A DNA stretch of 64,000 nucleotides, taken from positions 4,512,001 to 4,576,000 of the forward strand of contig OY730476.1 in assembly GCA_963422735.1 (NCBI GenBank). Reading direction: 5' to 3'. The stretch comes from Candidatus Latescibacterota bacterium (lineage in GTDB: Bacteria > Latescibacterota > UBA2968 > UBA8231). Of this stretch, positions 21,753 to 31,996 are shown piece after piece. Every line of letters begins with the position of its first letter. Within the stretch, counting starts at the first letter, position 1. The notes under the pieces are model-generated. The model was given only the letters and a program-made list of their open reading frames with translations, did not search any database and was not told the DNA's origin. A program made the position numbers and the translations under genes.

Positions 21753-21919
21753 GGCTATCTCTCCTTGCTGGGGCAATACTGAGGTTGGATGCGTCAATTT
21801 TCCAGAAATACCAGAAATATATTCATATCATACGTCCTTGCGGCGACGGTCTCAAAGAGTCCGGCGATGGAGCAGACCCGGCCTGAACAACCCGAAAGTA
21901 CTGCATCTTTACGGTAAAA

Positions 21920-23263
21920 TCAGCACATGGCGTCCTGCTCGCGCCGCAGTTGCAACGCGAGCGAATCCGGCAAATCGACCATGGCGTAGCTGATCGCCGC
22001 GCCTTGCCGCACATCTTGCTTGAGCACGGCCCCCCCCGACAGCCCTAAAGGCAACAGCCCCTCTTGGCGCGCCACGGTCGCCTTTTCGCTCTGCCCCAAT
22101 ACGGTGTAGCCGCCCCCGCCGTCGAGGGTCTCTCCGGCTTTGAGATCTCGCTTGGCCACGGCCACCACATCGGCTGTGGGCACGGAGCGCGGGGCACCGG
22201 TTGGCAGGCCATAGAGCGCGACTTTGGCGATGGTGATCGGGGCTTCAACCGCCACCAAGTGATAGGGGCGGTAGAGGAGGAAGTTTTTGCCGTCGCCGCC
22301 CGGATGCAGGTGGTAGGTGGCGAGGTCTTCTATTGTAAAGGTGTGCTCGCTGCGGACGACGACAAAGACGCCCATCTGTAGCGAGTCGTCGAGCAGGGTC
22401 TTGCCATCCTCGGCGACGCTGTTGGCTAGCTCGACGACCCCGCGCTGGCTCAGCAGCCCTCCTTCGGCGACCAAGCTGAATTTTCGTGGGATATCCGCCA
22501 AATTGCACGACGGCTCGTGCATCCCCCTTACATCGGGGGCTAGCCCGGCCATGTTGGCGATAGCCGTGGCCTCGACTTGGGCTTTGGTGCCGTCGCGGAA
22601 GGAGTTATACATCTTTAAGCTGATGTTGCGCCGCTGCAAGGTCTCCGCATCAAAGCCAAACCGCGCCGCCGTGTTGTCGGGGGTGCCTTGGGGATCGTCG
22701 GCAAAGAGGATAGTGCCGCGGCCCGCAGCCACTACTTCCAAGCCGAGGGACCACGCCCATTCGATTATGTTCATGGTCACCCCAGGCTGATCGCCATCGA
22801 CGAGCGAGTAGATCGCACCCGCACTGTCGGCCTTGCGCTTGAGCAGCGCGCCGATTGTCGCGTCTGTTTCCACATTGACCATCACGAGGTGGTTGCCGCT
22901 GGCGATGGCCGCGCTGGCCATGTTGGCCCCGACCGAGGTCGAGCCGGTCGCCTCCACCACTACGTCTAAATTCTCGGCCTGCGCGACCAACAGCCCGTCT
23001 TCAACGGCGGTGAATTTTCCCGCTTGAATAGCCTCTGCCAGTGCCTGCGGGCTATCCGCCGTTCCCACCGCAACATCCCCGTACCCCGCCGCGTAGGCGT
23101 AGCGGGCACGCGCTAGGTCAATGTCGGCAATGGCCGAGACGACCATGCCCTGCATCTGGGCAATCTGCGCGACCAACCCCCCGCCGAATTTTCCCGCGCC
23201 GATGATACCGACCCGGATGGGCTTGCCTTGCCGCTCGCGGTCGGCAAGCAATGCGCTGAGCAT
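21920..23263 (-). CDS. NAD(P)-dependent oxidoreductase with C-terminal SAF domain (homoserine dehydrogenase-like)
   Basis: GIIGAGKFG, GDQPG, DGTK, YRPYHL, AVAKRDLKAGETLDG. Confidence 0.88.
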   Translation of the reverse strand: MLSALLADRERQGKPIRVGIIGAGKFGGGLVAQIAQMQGMVVSAIADIDLARARYAYAAGYGDVAVGTADSPQALAEAIQAGKFTAVEDGLLVAQAENLDVVVEATGSTSVGANMASAAIASGNHLVMVNVETDATIGALLKRKADSAGAIYSLVDGDQPGVTMNIIEWAWSLGLEVVAAGRGTILFADDPQGTPDNTAARFGFDAETLQRRNISLKMYNSFRDGTKAQVEATAIANMAGLAPDVRGMHEPSCNLADIPRKFSLVAEGGLLSQRGVVELANSVAEDGKTLLDDSLQMGVFVVVRSEHTFTIEDLATYHLHPGGDGKNFLLYRPYHLVAVEAPITIAKVALYGLPTGAPRSVPTADVVAVAKRDLKAGETLDGGGGYTVLGQSEKATVARQEGLLPLGLSGGAVLKQDVRQGAAISYAMVDLPDSLALQLRREQDAMC

Positions 23264-23282
23264 GTATTCCTCCTCGCGTTGT

Positions 23283-24965
23283 TTAACAGAAATCTAAATC
23301 CGCCCCCAAGTTCGCCTGCAATACTCGCTCGGCGTACAGACGCCGCCACCCACGTGCTGGCGCGGCGGGTGCGGTCCATTCGGCTCGTCGGCGAGCGAGG
23401 ATTTCCTCGGGGACTAGCAAATCCAAGCACCCGGCTTCTACGTCCAACTCGATCAGATCGCCGTCGCGGACGAGTGCCAACGGCCCCCCGACGGCCGCTT
23501 CCGGTGCTACGTGCAACGCGACCGTCCCATACGCCGTGCCGCTCATCCGCCCGTCGGAGACACGCACCATGTCCTCGATGCCTTGGGCGGCGAGGTACTT
23601 GGGCAAGGGCATGGAGCCGGCTTCGGGCATCCCAAGGGCCACCGGCCCGGCCCCGCGCAGCACCAGCACGTGCTCGGGTGTAATGCCCAATGCGGGATCG
23701 TCAACGCGTACGGCGTCGTCCGGCCCGTCGAACACGACGGCCGGCCCGCGGTGCTTGTGCAGGTGCGAAGACGCGGTCGCCTTTTTCAAGACCGCCCCGT
23801 CTGGCGCGAGCGAGCCTTTTAGCACCACGAGGGACGATGCTGGCCCCAGCGGTGCGTTTAAGGTGCGGATCGCGGTTTGCCACGCGCCGGGCGCGGCCAC
23901 TTCCTGCAATAGCGCGCCGAGCGTTTGGCCGCTGACTCCTACCGCATCGAGGTCGAGCAGCGGCTCTAGTGCTTTGAGCAGGACGGGCACGCCGCCGGCT
24001 TTGTCGAAATCCTCCATGTACCCGGTGCCCGCCGGTTTGCAATCGACCAGCAGCGGCACTTGTTGGGCCGCCGAGTGAAAGTCGTTTAGCGACAGGTCCA
24101 CGCCGGCCCGGTGCGCAATGGCGAGCAGATGCACGACCGCATTCGTCGAGCCGCTCAGCGCGGCTAGCACCTTGAGCGCGTTGGCAAAGGCCGATGGCGT
24201 TAGTATGTCTTGTGCCGAGCGTCCCTCGGTAGCTAAGGCTATAGCCCGGCGACCCGTGGCGACCCCGAGCCGCAAACGCTGGCTTGAGACTGCGGGCGGA
24301 GTGGCTGCGCCCGGCAGCATCAGCCCGAGGGCCTCGGCCACGCAGGCCATGGTCGAGGCCGTGCCCATTACCATGCAGGTGCCAGCCGTTGGGCACAGGC
24401 TCTGCCCGATAGCGGCGATTTCTTCGGCGTCGAGCGCACCGACCCGGTGCTGCGCCCAAAAGCGGCGGCAATCCGTGCATGCGCCCAACCGCTCGCCTCG
24501 CCAGTCTCCGGCCAACATCGGCCCGGCGACGAGGTGGATGGCGGGCACAGACGCGGAAGCTGAGGCCATAAGTTGGGCCGGCAGGGTCTTGTCGCAGCCG
24601 CCGAGCAGCACGACCGCGTCCATGGGCTGGGCCGCGATCATTTCCTCGGTCGCCATGGCCATGAGGTTGCGGAAGAGCATGGCGGTTGGGGACAGGAGGA
24701 TCTCGCCGAGGGAAAGGGTCGGAAAGACGAAGGGTAGCCCGCCCGCTTCTAACACGCCCCGTTTGACCGCTTCCACGAGCTGGGGCATGGCGCGATGGCA
24801 GGTTGTGTAATCGGACGAGGTGTCGGCGATGCCGACGATGGGCCGCTCTAGGTCTGCCTCGTCGTAGCCGGCCGAAGCGAGAAAAGCGCGTCGCAAATAG
24901 CGGCTAAAACCGGGGTCGGCGTAGTGCGTTAAGTTGCGGTCGATTCCGGTGGCAGAGGGGGGCAT
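23283..24965 (-). CDS. IlvD/Edd family dehydratase
   Basis: GGCDKT, GTCMVMGTASTM, GSLAPDGA, SDGRMSGT, HVAPEA. Confidence 0.92.
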   Translation of the reverse strand: MPPSATGIDRNLTHYADPGFSRYLRRAFLASAGYDEADLERPIVGIADTSSDYTTCHRAMPQLVEAVKRGVLEAGGLPFVFPTLSLGEILLSPTAMLFRNLMAMATEEMIAAQPMDAVVLLGGCDKTLPAQLMASASASVPAIHLVAGPMLAGDWRGERLGACTDCRRFWAQHRVGALDAEEIAAIGQSLCPTAGTCMVMGTASTMACVAEALGLMLPGAATPPAVSSQRLRLGVATGRRAIALATEGRSAQDILTPSAFANALKVLAALSGSTNAVVHLLAIAHRAGVDLSLNDFHSAAQQVPLLVDCKPAGTGYMEDFDKAGGVPVLLKALEPLLDLDAVGVSGQTLGALLQEVAAPGAWQTAIRTLNAPLGPASSLVVLKGSLAPDGAVLKKATASSHLHKHRGPAVVFDGPDDAVRVDDPALGITPEHVLVLRGAGPVALGMPEAGSMPLPKYLAAQGIEDMVRVSDGRMSGTAYGTVALHVAPEAAVGGPLALVRDGDLIELDVEAGCLDLLVPEEILARRRAEWTAPAAPARGWRRLYAERVLQANLGADLDFC

Positions 24966-24990
24966 TTGACTCCTGTGCTTCTCACGGCAA

Positions 24991-25085
24991 TTAGACTCCA
25001 AGTTGCGCTGCAAGGTCGTGGAAATTTTGCACAATTATGTCAAAACTCCCGTCTTGCGCGGTGTCTGCCTGGCCTTCCGTGGAGC
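24991..25085 (-). pseudogene. C-terminal remnant, probably of a haloacid dehalogenase type II
   Basis: EGQADTAQDGSFDIIVQNFHDLAAQLGV* resembles HAD-II tails; upstream sequence is unrelated. Confidence 0.4.
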
Positions 25086-25429
25086 GCGTAAGGCCATTCG
25101 CCGTTCCGCACGCGCCCCATAGCGGGTTCATAGCCAAGTGCGCCCAGTCCGCGGTAATCCACTTGTCGTAGCCTAAGCGAATGATAGAGTGCCAGTTGGT
25201 GACCGACAATCAGCGCCTTAATAGATGTTTGCCAAGATTCCATTCTTTTTCTCAGTTCAAAGCCGGAGCGCGACGCGCACTTAGGTGAGCTGCCGGGCCA
25301 AGTGCCGGTCAAACCGCTCGTCGGCGATCGCGACTGCCCAGATCATGTGCGAAATATGTCTTCGCACAACATATGGTATCAAGGGTATATCTGAAACTCG
25401 GTACAAATTTCAAGCTGAACTTGAGATTT

Positions 25430-26400
25430 GTACCGAAGCACCCGATATACGCCTGCTTTCGATAAGCGATCCCCACGCTTTCTTCTCACAATTTCCCCCG
25501 CCCGTTATCATCGACGAAATTCAGCGCGTACCCGAACGGCTCTCAACCATCCAGGTCCTCGCTGACAGCAGCCATCAACGCGGGCAAAGTCACCAGTTGC
25601 GTCTGCAAGTAGCTGTTGCCCAATCCCTAGCCGGACGCACCGCCCTCTTGCGCCTGCTGCCCTTGTCGATATCAGCCCTCAAAGCAAATAGCGTCACACC
25701 CAAGCGCGACGAATTTATCTATCAGGGCTTTGTGCCCCGCCTGTACAGCGAAAAAGTCAATCCGACTCGCCTATACCTAAATTACTGTCAAACCTATATC
25801 GAGCGCGATATCAGACAGATGATCAACCTCAAGAACTTCACGCGCCTGCTAGCCGGACGCGTCGGTCAGGTTTTGAATCTGAGCTCTCTGGCTAACGACG
25901 TGGGAGTGTCGAGTACCACACTAAAAGAATGGCTTGCGGTACTCGAAGCATCGCACACTATGCTTTGGTAAACGCATCATCAAATCGCCAAAAATCTATT
26001 TTACCGATGTCGGGCTCGCGTCCTGCTTGCTCGGCATTGAATCGTCCGCGCTCATTGCCCGGGATCCACTGATCGGCAATCTCTTTGAAAACATGGTCGC
26101 CATCGAAGCCTTGAAAGCCAGACTCAACGCGGGAAAAGAACCTGGACTCTACTTTTACCGCGACAACAAAGGCAACGAAGTGGACCTGTTGTTCAGGCAA
26201 AACAGGCCGTTAATCCCCATTGAAATCAAATCGGCCATGACGTTTAATCCAGAATCTGCAAAAGGAATCGCGCAGTTCCAGAAAATCGCGTCATCCACGC
26301 AGAAAGGCTACACCATCTACGCGGGAAATCTCACCCCGGAACTGTCCCATGCCAGCGCGCTGCATTTTACCGATTTCCCCCTTTCCGCCTTGCCCCATCC
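25430..26400 (+). pseudogene. AAA_14/DUF4143 ATP-binding protein, 5'-truncated and frameshifted
   Basis: IIDEIQRVP, SLAGR, TYIERD, KSPKIYFTDVGL, GNLFEN, EVDL, IEIKS across two frames; Walker A is missing. Confidence 0.85.
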
Positions 26401-26468
26401 CAACAGCTTAGCTATTCTCATCTCCTCCCCGCCCGCCTTCGCCACACACTGCTTCAGGAAATTGAGCC

Positions 26469-29420
26469 TTGAGCTGCGACGCCGAGAAAATCGCCGAGCA
26501 CATCCGCTTTCTCAAACGCCGCATCTTGGGCAATGAGGTCGTCCATCACCAGACCTTGCCCGCGCGCTCGGCGCGCCTAGTCCGCAACTTGGCTGGCTTG
26601 CCTCCGGCCATGACCCGCATCCTCGAAATCGCCCGCATCCCCGCGCTCTATACGCACCAAGCTGAGGGCATCCAAAAAGTGCTGGAGGGTCAGCACGTGG
26701 CCATTGCCACGCCCACGGCCTCAGGCAAGACCTTGGTGTACAACGCGCCCGTGCTGGCCACGCTGCTCGACGACCCGGAGGCACACGCGCTCTACATCTT
26801 CCCGCTCAAGGCCCTAGAGCAGGATCAGTTCGACGAGCTAAACGGCCTGATGCAGGGCTTGGGGGGCGGGCTGAAAGCGGCCATTTACGACGGCGACACC
26901 ACGGCCCACCGCCGCCGGCAAATTCGCACCAAACCGCCGCAGGTGCTCTTCACCACTCCGGACATGCTGCACTCGGGCATCCTCGCCTTCCACGAGGCTT
27001 GGGCTGGCTTCTTCGCCCGCCTGCGCTACGTGGTCATTGACGAGTTGCACGCGTACAGCGGCGTCTTTGGCACCCACGTCCTGCACCTTTTTCGCCGCTT
27101 AAACCGCATCTGTGCGCACTACGGGTCCGGTCCGGTGTACATCACCAGCTCGGCGACGATGGGCAATCCCCGCGAGCTGGCGGGCGAGCTGCTCAACCGC
27201 TCCTTCTACGCGATTGAGGACCACGGCGCTCCGGCGGCGGTGCGCCACTTCGTGTTTGTCAACCCGAGCGAAAGCCCCAACACCCTCGCGGCCCGCGTGC
27301 TGCGCGCCAGCGTACTCGAGGAATACCGCACGATCGTCTTCACCCGCGCTCGCATCACCACCGAACTCGTGTATCGCTGGGCCACCCAGAGCCGCCCGGA
27401 CTTGCGGGAGCGGATTTCCTCGTATCGCGCGGGCTATTTGCCCAGTGAGCGCCGCCAGATTGAGCAGTCGCTCAACGCCGGCCAGCTCATGGGCGTGGTG
27501 GCCACGTCGGCCTTGGAGCTGGGCATTGACATCGGCGGTCTGGACGTCTGCGTGTTAGTCGGCTATCCGGGTTCGATCATCAACACTTGGCAGCGCGCCG
27601 GCCGCGTGGGCCGCGCTGGCCGCGAGTCCCTAATCCTCCTCATCGCATCCCCCGATGCCCTCGACCAGTACTTTATGCGGCACCCAGCGGAGTTTTTCGC
27701 ACGCGACTTAGAGGACGCCGTGGTGGATCCAATGAATCAGTACATCCTCAAAAACCACCTCGCGTGCGCGGCGCGCGAGCTACCCCTCGCCACTGGCGAA
27801 CCCGAGTACGCGCTCCCCAACTATCAGGAGGCGATTGATGCGCTGACCGCGGAAGGCGTGCTGCTGCAGAATGCCGAGGGCGACGCTTGGTTTGCCGCGC
27901 GCAAGCGGCCGCATCGCTTGGTCAACATGCGCACCATCGGCGAGTCGTATAACATCGTCGATAGCAGCAACGACCAGATCGGCACAGTAAGCGGCGGTCA
28001 GGTGTACGGCGAGTGCTACAAAGGCGCGATTTATTTGCATCGCGGCCGTCAGTACGAGATCGGCGACCGCAACCCCCAGCAGGGTCAGATCTACGCCGAG
28101 GAAGTGGATGTGACGTACTTCACTCGCGCCCGCACGGAAAAGGACACCGAGATATTGGAGGATCTGCGCTCGCGGCCCTTGCAGGGCTTTATGGCGCGGC
28201 TGGGCCGGCTCAAGGTCAGCTCGCAGGTGGTGGGCTACGAAAAGATCCGCGTCGGCGACCAAGTCGTCCTCAGCAGACACCCGCTGGAGTCGCCGGTGGA
28301 GCACTTTGAGACGATTGGCTTCTGGATCGAGCTCGACGCCCATTTCAAGGCCGACCTCAGCCGCCACCAGCACCACTACATGGGTTCGATCCACGCCATT
28401 GAACACGCCATGAAGTCGCTCTTCCCGCTGCTTGCCTTGTGTGATCGCACGGACGTCGGCGGGATTTGCTATCCCCAGCACCCCCAGCTCGGCAAAGGCG
28501 CGATTTTTGTGTACGACTATCACCCCGGCGGCATTGGCCTCGCGGAAAAGGGCTTTGCCCAGCTCGATCGCCTCTTGGACATGACGCGGTCCATGGTCGA
28601 AACCTGCGATTGCATGCTCGGCTGCCCGTCTTGCATCCACTTCCCCACGTGCGGCGCGGGCAACGTTCCCCTCGACAAGGCCGGTGCCATCCACCTGCTC
28701 GGCGTACTCACGGGCCGCCGGGCCATTGAGCGCACCGCGTCCACCGCCGAGGTCGTAGAGGCCCCGCCGATCTTCGCCGAGTGGGAGGAAGGGGAAGTCG
28801 CAGACGACGCGCCGTGCGAGCAAGGCCCGCACGTGGTTGTGTTCGACCTCGAAACCCAGCGCTCGGCTGCCGAAGTCGGCGGCTGGAACAAAGCCTACAT
28901 GATGGGCATGTCGGTCGGCGTAGTGTGGGACAGCCATACGCAAGCCTGTACCAAGTATTTTGAGGAGGACATCGACCGGCTTCTAGAGCACCTACAGGCG
29001 GCCGATTTGATCGTTGGCTTCAACATCATCGGCTTTGACTATTCGGTCTTGCGCGGGTACAGCCCATTCGACTTCCGCACGCTCAACACGCTCGACATTC
29101 TCCGCGAGATCCACCAGCGGCTGCGCTATCGCGTCAGCCTAGACGCGCTGGGCCGGGCCACGCTCGACGCGCCCAAGAGTGCCGACGGGCTGGACGCACT
29201 CCGGTGGTTCAAAGAAGGGCGGCTGGATTTGATTGCCGAGTACTGCCAAAAGGACGTGGAGCTGACCCGCGACCTGTTCTACTTCGGGCTGCGCGAAAAC
29301 TACCTGCTCTTCGACCGCCGCAACGAGGGCCGCATGCGCATCCCGCTCGACTGGAAGTTAGAGGACTTGGTGCGCGGGGACGGACGCGATTGCCCGCAGG
29401 CCGGACAAATGGCAGATTAG
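26469..29420 (+). CDS. MrfA/YprA-like DEAH helicase with DUF1998 Zn domain, fused to an RNase H-like DEDD exonuclease (YprB/MrfB-like)
   Basis: TPTASGKT, DELH, QRAGRVGR, LC...CDC..GCPSC; C-terminal FDLET, GFNIIGFD, YCQKDV. Confidence 0.9.
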   Translation: MSCDAEKIAEHIRFLKRRILGNEVVHHQTLPARSARLVRNLAGLPPAMTRILEIARIPALYTHQAEGIQKVLEGQHVAIATPTASGKTLVYNAPVLATLLDDPEAHALYIFPLKALEQDQFDELNGLMQGLGGGLKAAIYDGDTTAHRRRQIRTKPPQVLFTTPDMLHSGILAFHEAWAGFFARLRYVVIDELHAYSGVFGTHVLHLFRRLNRICAHYGSGPVYITSSATMGNPRELAGELLNRSFYAIEDHGAPAAVRHFVFVNPSESPNTLAARVLRASVLEEYRTIVFTRARITTELVYRWATQSRPDLRERISSYRAGYLPSERRQIEQSLNAGQLMGVVATSALELGIDIGGLDVCVLVGYPGSIINTWQRAGRVGRAGRESLILLIASPDALDQYFMRHPAEFFARDLEDAVVDPMNQYILKNHLACAARELPLATGEPEYALPNYQEAIDALTAEGVLLQNAEGDAWFAARKRPHRLVNMRTIGESYNIVDSSNDQIGTVSGGQVYGECYKGAIYLHRGRQYEIGDRNPQQGQIYAEEVDVTYFTRARTEKDTEILEDLRSRPLQGFMARLGRLKVSSQVVGYEKIRVGDQVVLSRHPLESPVEHFETIGFWIELDAHFKADLSRHQHHYMGSIHAIEHAMKSLFPLLALCDRTDVGGICYPQHPQLGKGAIFVYDYHPGGIGLAEKGFAQLDRLLDMTRSMVETCDCMLGCPSCIHFPTCGAGNVPLDKAGAIHLLGVLTGRRAIERTASTAEVVEAPPIFAEWEEGEVADDAPCEQGPHVVVFDLETQRSAAEVGGWNKAYMMGMSVGVVWDSHTQACTKYFEEDIDRLLEHLQAADLIVGFNIIGFDYSVLRGYSPFDFRTLNTLDILREIHQRLRYRVSLDALGRATLDAPKSADGLDALRWFKEGRLDLIAEYCQKDVELTRDLFYFGLRENYLLFDRRNEGRMRIPLDWKLEDLVRGDGRDCPQAGQMAD

Positions 29421-29643
29421 AGTCGACAACTATAGGAGTTGCGAATTGTCAATTAGTCAATTCCCTAATAATACACGACAGTAGAAGCGGTATGAGACAG
29501 GTGCTAGTACGCTGTTGCTGAGCCTTTCGGCTCCGCTCTAGATAAGCTCCGCGGAGCGGATTTGAAGCATCTCATACCTAGATCCCCATGCGTAACGTCC
29601 ATTGGATTACTGTTGTGTATTAAGGTCAATTCCTAATTCCTAA

Positions 29644-29756
29644 CTGACGTTACGCAGTGCTTTGTCGCGGACGAACCCGTCCATGCAGGTGGGTCCTCCA
29701 GTAAGGGGAGAGGCGGGGCGAAACCACGCATGGTGAGGCAAACTGCGTAACATCAG
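29644..29756. mobile_element. 113-bp MITE-like element
   Basis: TIRs ctgacgttacgcagt / actgcgtaacatcag (14/15 match); TAA on both sides as a possible target duplication. Confidence 0.65.
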
Positions 29757-29786
29757 TAACTAATTTCAAAAGGAGCGAAGTACGAG

Positions 29787-30983
29787 ATGAAAATCACGGA
29801 TCTCAAATGCGCGGTCATTGGCAACAACCCGGTTGTCCGCATCAATACCGACGAGGGCCTCTATGGCCTCGGGGAAGTCGAAGCGAGCAAGCCTTATCTC
29901 AAGCCCCACGTACTGTTCTACAAGGATTTCATCCTCGGCGAGGACCCAACCGACGTCGAGCGGGTGATGCTCAAGATCCGGCGCTTGGGCAGCTTTAAGC
30001 CTTGGGGCAGTGCGGTCAGCGCGATCGAAATGGCGCTGTGGGACCTTGCTGGCAAGGCCGTGGGTGCGCCCGTGTACAAGCTGCTCGGCGGCAAGGTCCG
30101 CGACCAAGTGCGGGTGTACAATGGCGCGGTGCGCTTCCCTATGGAGGGCGGCCGCGCACCCTCAGACTACGCGGCCAACATGCAGCGCATGAAGGATGCG
30201 CCGCAAAAGTTCAGCATCATCAAACAGGGCCTCGCCTTCCACGGCGGGCGGATTACCGAGTCGCCCGAACATTTCTACGGCACCCACCAAGCCGGCCCGT
30301 TCCACGCCAATCGCGGCCCCTTGAGCGAACGCGGCCTCAACTACATCGTCGATTGCATCCGCGCGATGAAGGAAGTCTGCGGCGACGAGGTCGGCTTGGC
30401 GCTGGACTTAGGCCCGGGGTTTCTCGTGCCGGATGCGCTGCGCTTGGCCCGGGCGGTTGAAGACCTCAATGTGGCTTGGCTGGAGGACATGCTCACCGGT
30501 GATTACGTCCCCTACGTTTCGGCCGATCACTACCGAGAGGTCACGCAGAGTACCTCGACCCCGATTCACACCGGCGAGCAGATCTACTTGCGGCACAATT
30601 TTCAAGACCTGATCGAGAAGCGCGCCGTGGATATCATCGGCCCGGATCCCTGCGACATCGGCGGGATCGCCGAGCTCAAGTGGGTGGCCGAATACGCCGA
30701 TCTGCATGGCATCCTCATGGCCCCCCACGGCACGGGCGACGGCCTGTTGGGCTTGGCGGCTTTGGTGCAAATGGCCGCGGTCCTGCCCCAGAACTACCTC
30801 GCGTTTGAATATCCGACCGGCCAGCCCGAATGGTGGTACGACATCGTCGAGGGTTTGCCCGACCCGATTGTCGTCGATAGTCACATCGCCGTTTGGGACG
30901 CGCCCGGGATGGGCGTTGATCTAATCGCCGAAGAAGCGCGGCGCTATCTGTGCGAGGAAGACGCCGACTTCTTCGACATATAA
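29787..30983 (+). CDS. Mandelate racemase/muconate lactonizing family enolase (acid-sugar dehydratase-like)
   Basis: SAIEMALWDLAGK, PVYKLLGG, WLED, TGE, APH. Confidence 0.9.
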   Translation: MKITDLKCAVIGNNPVVRINTDEGLYGLGEVEASKPYLKPHVLFYKDFILGEDPTDVERVMLKIRRLGSFKPWGSAVSAIEMALWDLAGKAVGAPVYKLLGGKVRDQVRVYNGAVRFPMEGGRAPSDYAANMQRMKDAPQKFSIIKQGLAFHGGRITESPEHFYGTHQAGPFHANRGPLSERGLNYIVDCIRAMKEVCGDEVGLALDLGPGFLVPDALRLARAVEDLNVAWLEDMLTGDYVPYVSADHYREVTQSTSTPIHTGEQIYLRHNFQDLIEKRAVDIIGPDPCDIGGIAELKWVAEYADLHGILMAPHGTGDGLLGLAALVQMAAVLPQNYLAFEYPTGQPEWWYDIVEGLPDPIVVDSHIAVWDAPGMGVDLIAEEARRYLCEEDADFFDI

Positions 30984-31003
30984 AACGTACAGAAAGGAAA
31001 GGT

Positions 31004-31972
31004 ATGCACGCGGCCCAACTAATCGCCCCTCGCCAGTGGGAAATTATCGAGACGGCCAAACCTCAGCCGACCGCCAACCAGATGCTCGTGAAAATGGAAC
31101 GGGTCGCGGTCTGCGGCAGCGACAAGCCGCCGTTCTGCGGCGTCCACAAGCGCTATCCGCAGCCGCCCGGGGCCACTGGGCACGAAGGCATGGGCGTGGT
31201 CGAAGCCTGCCCTTCGGGTCGCTATCGGGAGGGCGAGCGGGTGCTGTTGTGGGGATTCGACCGCGGGCTTTTCCAAGAGTATGTCCTCGCCAAGGACGAT
31301 GGTAGTTGCATCCGGCTGCCCGGCGACTTACCCGAGGAAAAGGTGTTGATGAGCCAGCTTTTGGGCACGGTAATTCACAGTTTCTACAAGCTGGGCAACA
31401 TTATCGACCGCGATGTGGTGGTGCTGGGTCAAGGCCCGGTGGGGCTGCTGTTCAACGCGGTGCTGCGCAATCTCGGCGCACGCCGCATCATGGCGGTCGA
31501 TCCGTTGGCCTACCGCTTGGAGATGGGCCAGCGGATGGGGGCCACGCACGCGATCTGCTCGGCATCCCAAGACCCGGTCGCCGCGGTCGCCGAAATCACG
31601 GGCGGTGCCATGGCCGGTCTCGCAGTTGAGGCCGTGGGCGTCGCCGAGACCCTCGGCCTCGTGCCGGCCCTCTGCCGCCGCAATGCCGAAGTGATCTGCT
31701 TTGGCGTCCCGGACAAGGACGCCGCCGAGGGCTTGATGTCCGTCAAGATGTTGGACATGCTGCGCCAAGAGCTACGCTTGGTTTTCTCCATTGGCCCCAA
31801 TCCCGACCGCGACTACCGGCCCGCGCTCGATTGGATCGTCCAAGGGCGCATCAATGTCACTCCGATTGTCAGCCACGTCCTGCCCTTTGCCGAGATTCAG
31901 CAAGCCTTTGCCATGGCCTTCGACGATCCCGAGCCGCACCAAGCCCTGAAGATCGTGCTCAAATTCCCCTGA
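31004..31972 (+). CDS. Zn-dependent alcohol dehydrogenase family (MDR)
   Basis: VCGSD, GHEG, GQGPVG. Confidence 0.88.
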   Translation: MHAAQLIAPRQWEIIETAKPQPTANQMLVKMERVAVCGSDKPPFCGVHKRYPQPPGATGHEGMGVVEACPSGRYREGERVLLWGFDRGLFQEYVLAKDDGSCIRLPGDLPEEKVLMSQLLGTVIHSFYKLGNIIDRDVVVLGQGPVGLLFNAVLRNLGARRIMAVDPLAYRLEMGQRMGATHAICSASQDPVAAVAEITGGAMAGLAVEAVGVAETLGLVPALCRRNAEVICFGVPDKDAAEGLMSVKMLDMLRQELRLVFSIGPNPDRDYRPALDWIVQGRINVTPIVSHVLPFAEIQQAFAMAFDDPEPHQALKIVLKFP

Positions 31973-31996
31973 CCCTGAGCGGAAAGGCAGCCAATC

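Noticed and set aside
25346-25368. Palindrome tgtgcgaa-N7-ttcgcaca, similar to gcgaaatc-N6-gatttcgc at 49763-49784
   Set aside because: Spacing differs, so a shared operator is unsupported. Each could be a local site or chance.
27780-28943. Long antisense and alternate-frame ORFs (this 387-aa one and many others)
   Set aside because: Shadow ORFs of high-GC coding regions overlapping well-supported genes; no motifs.
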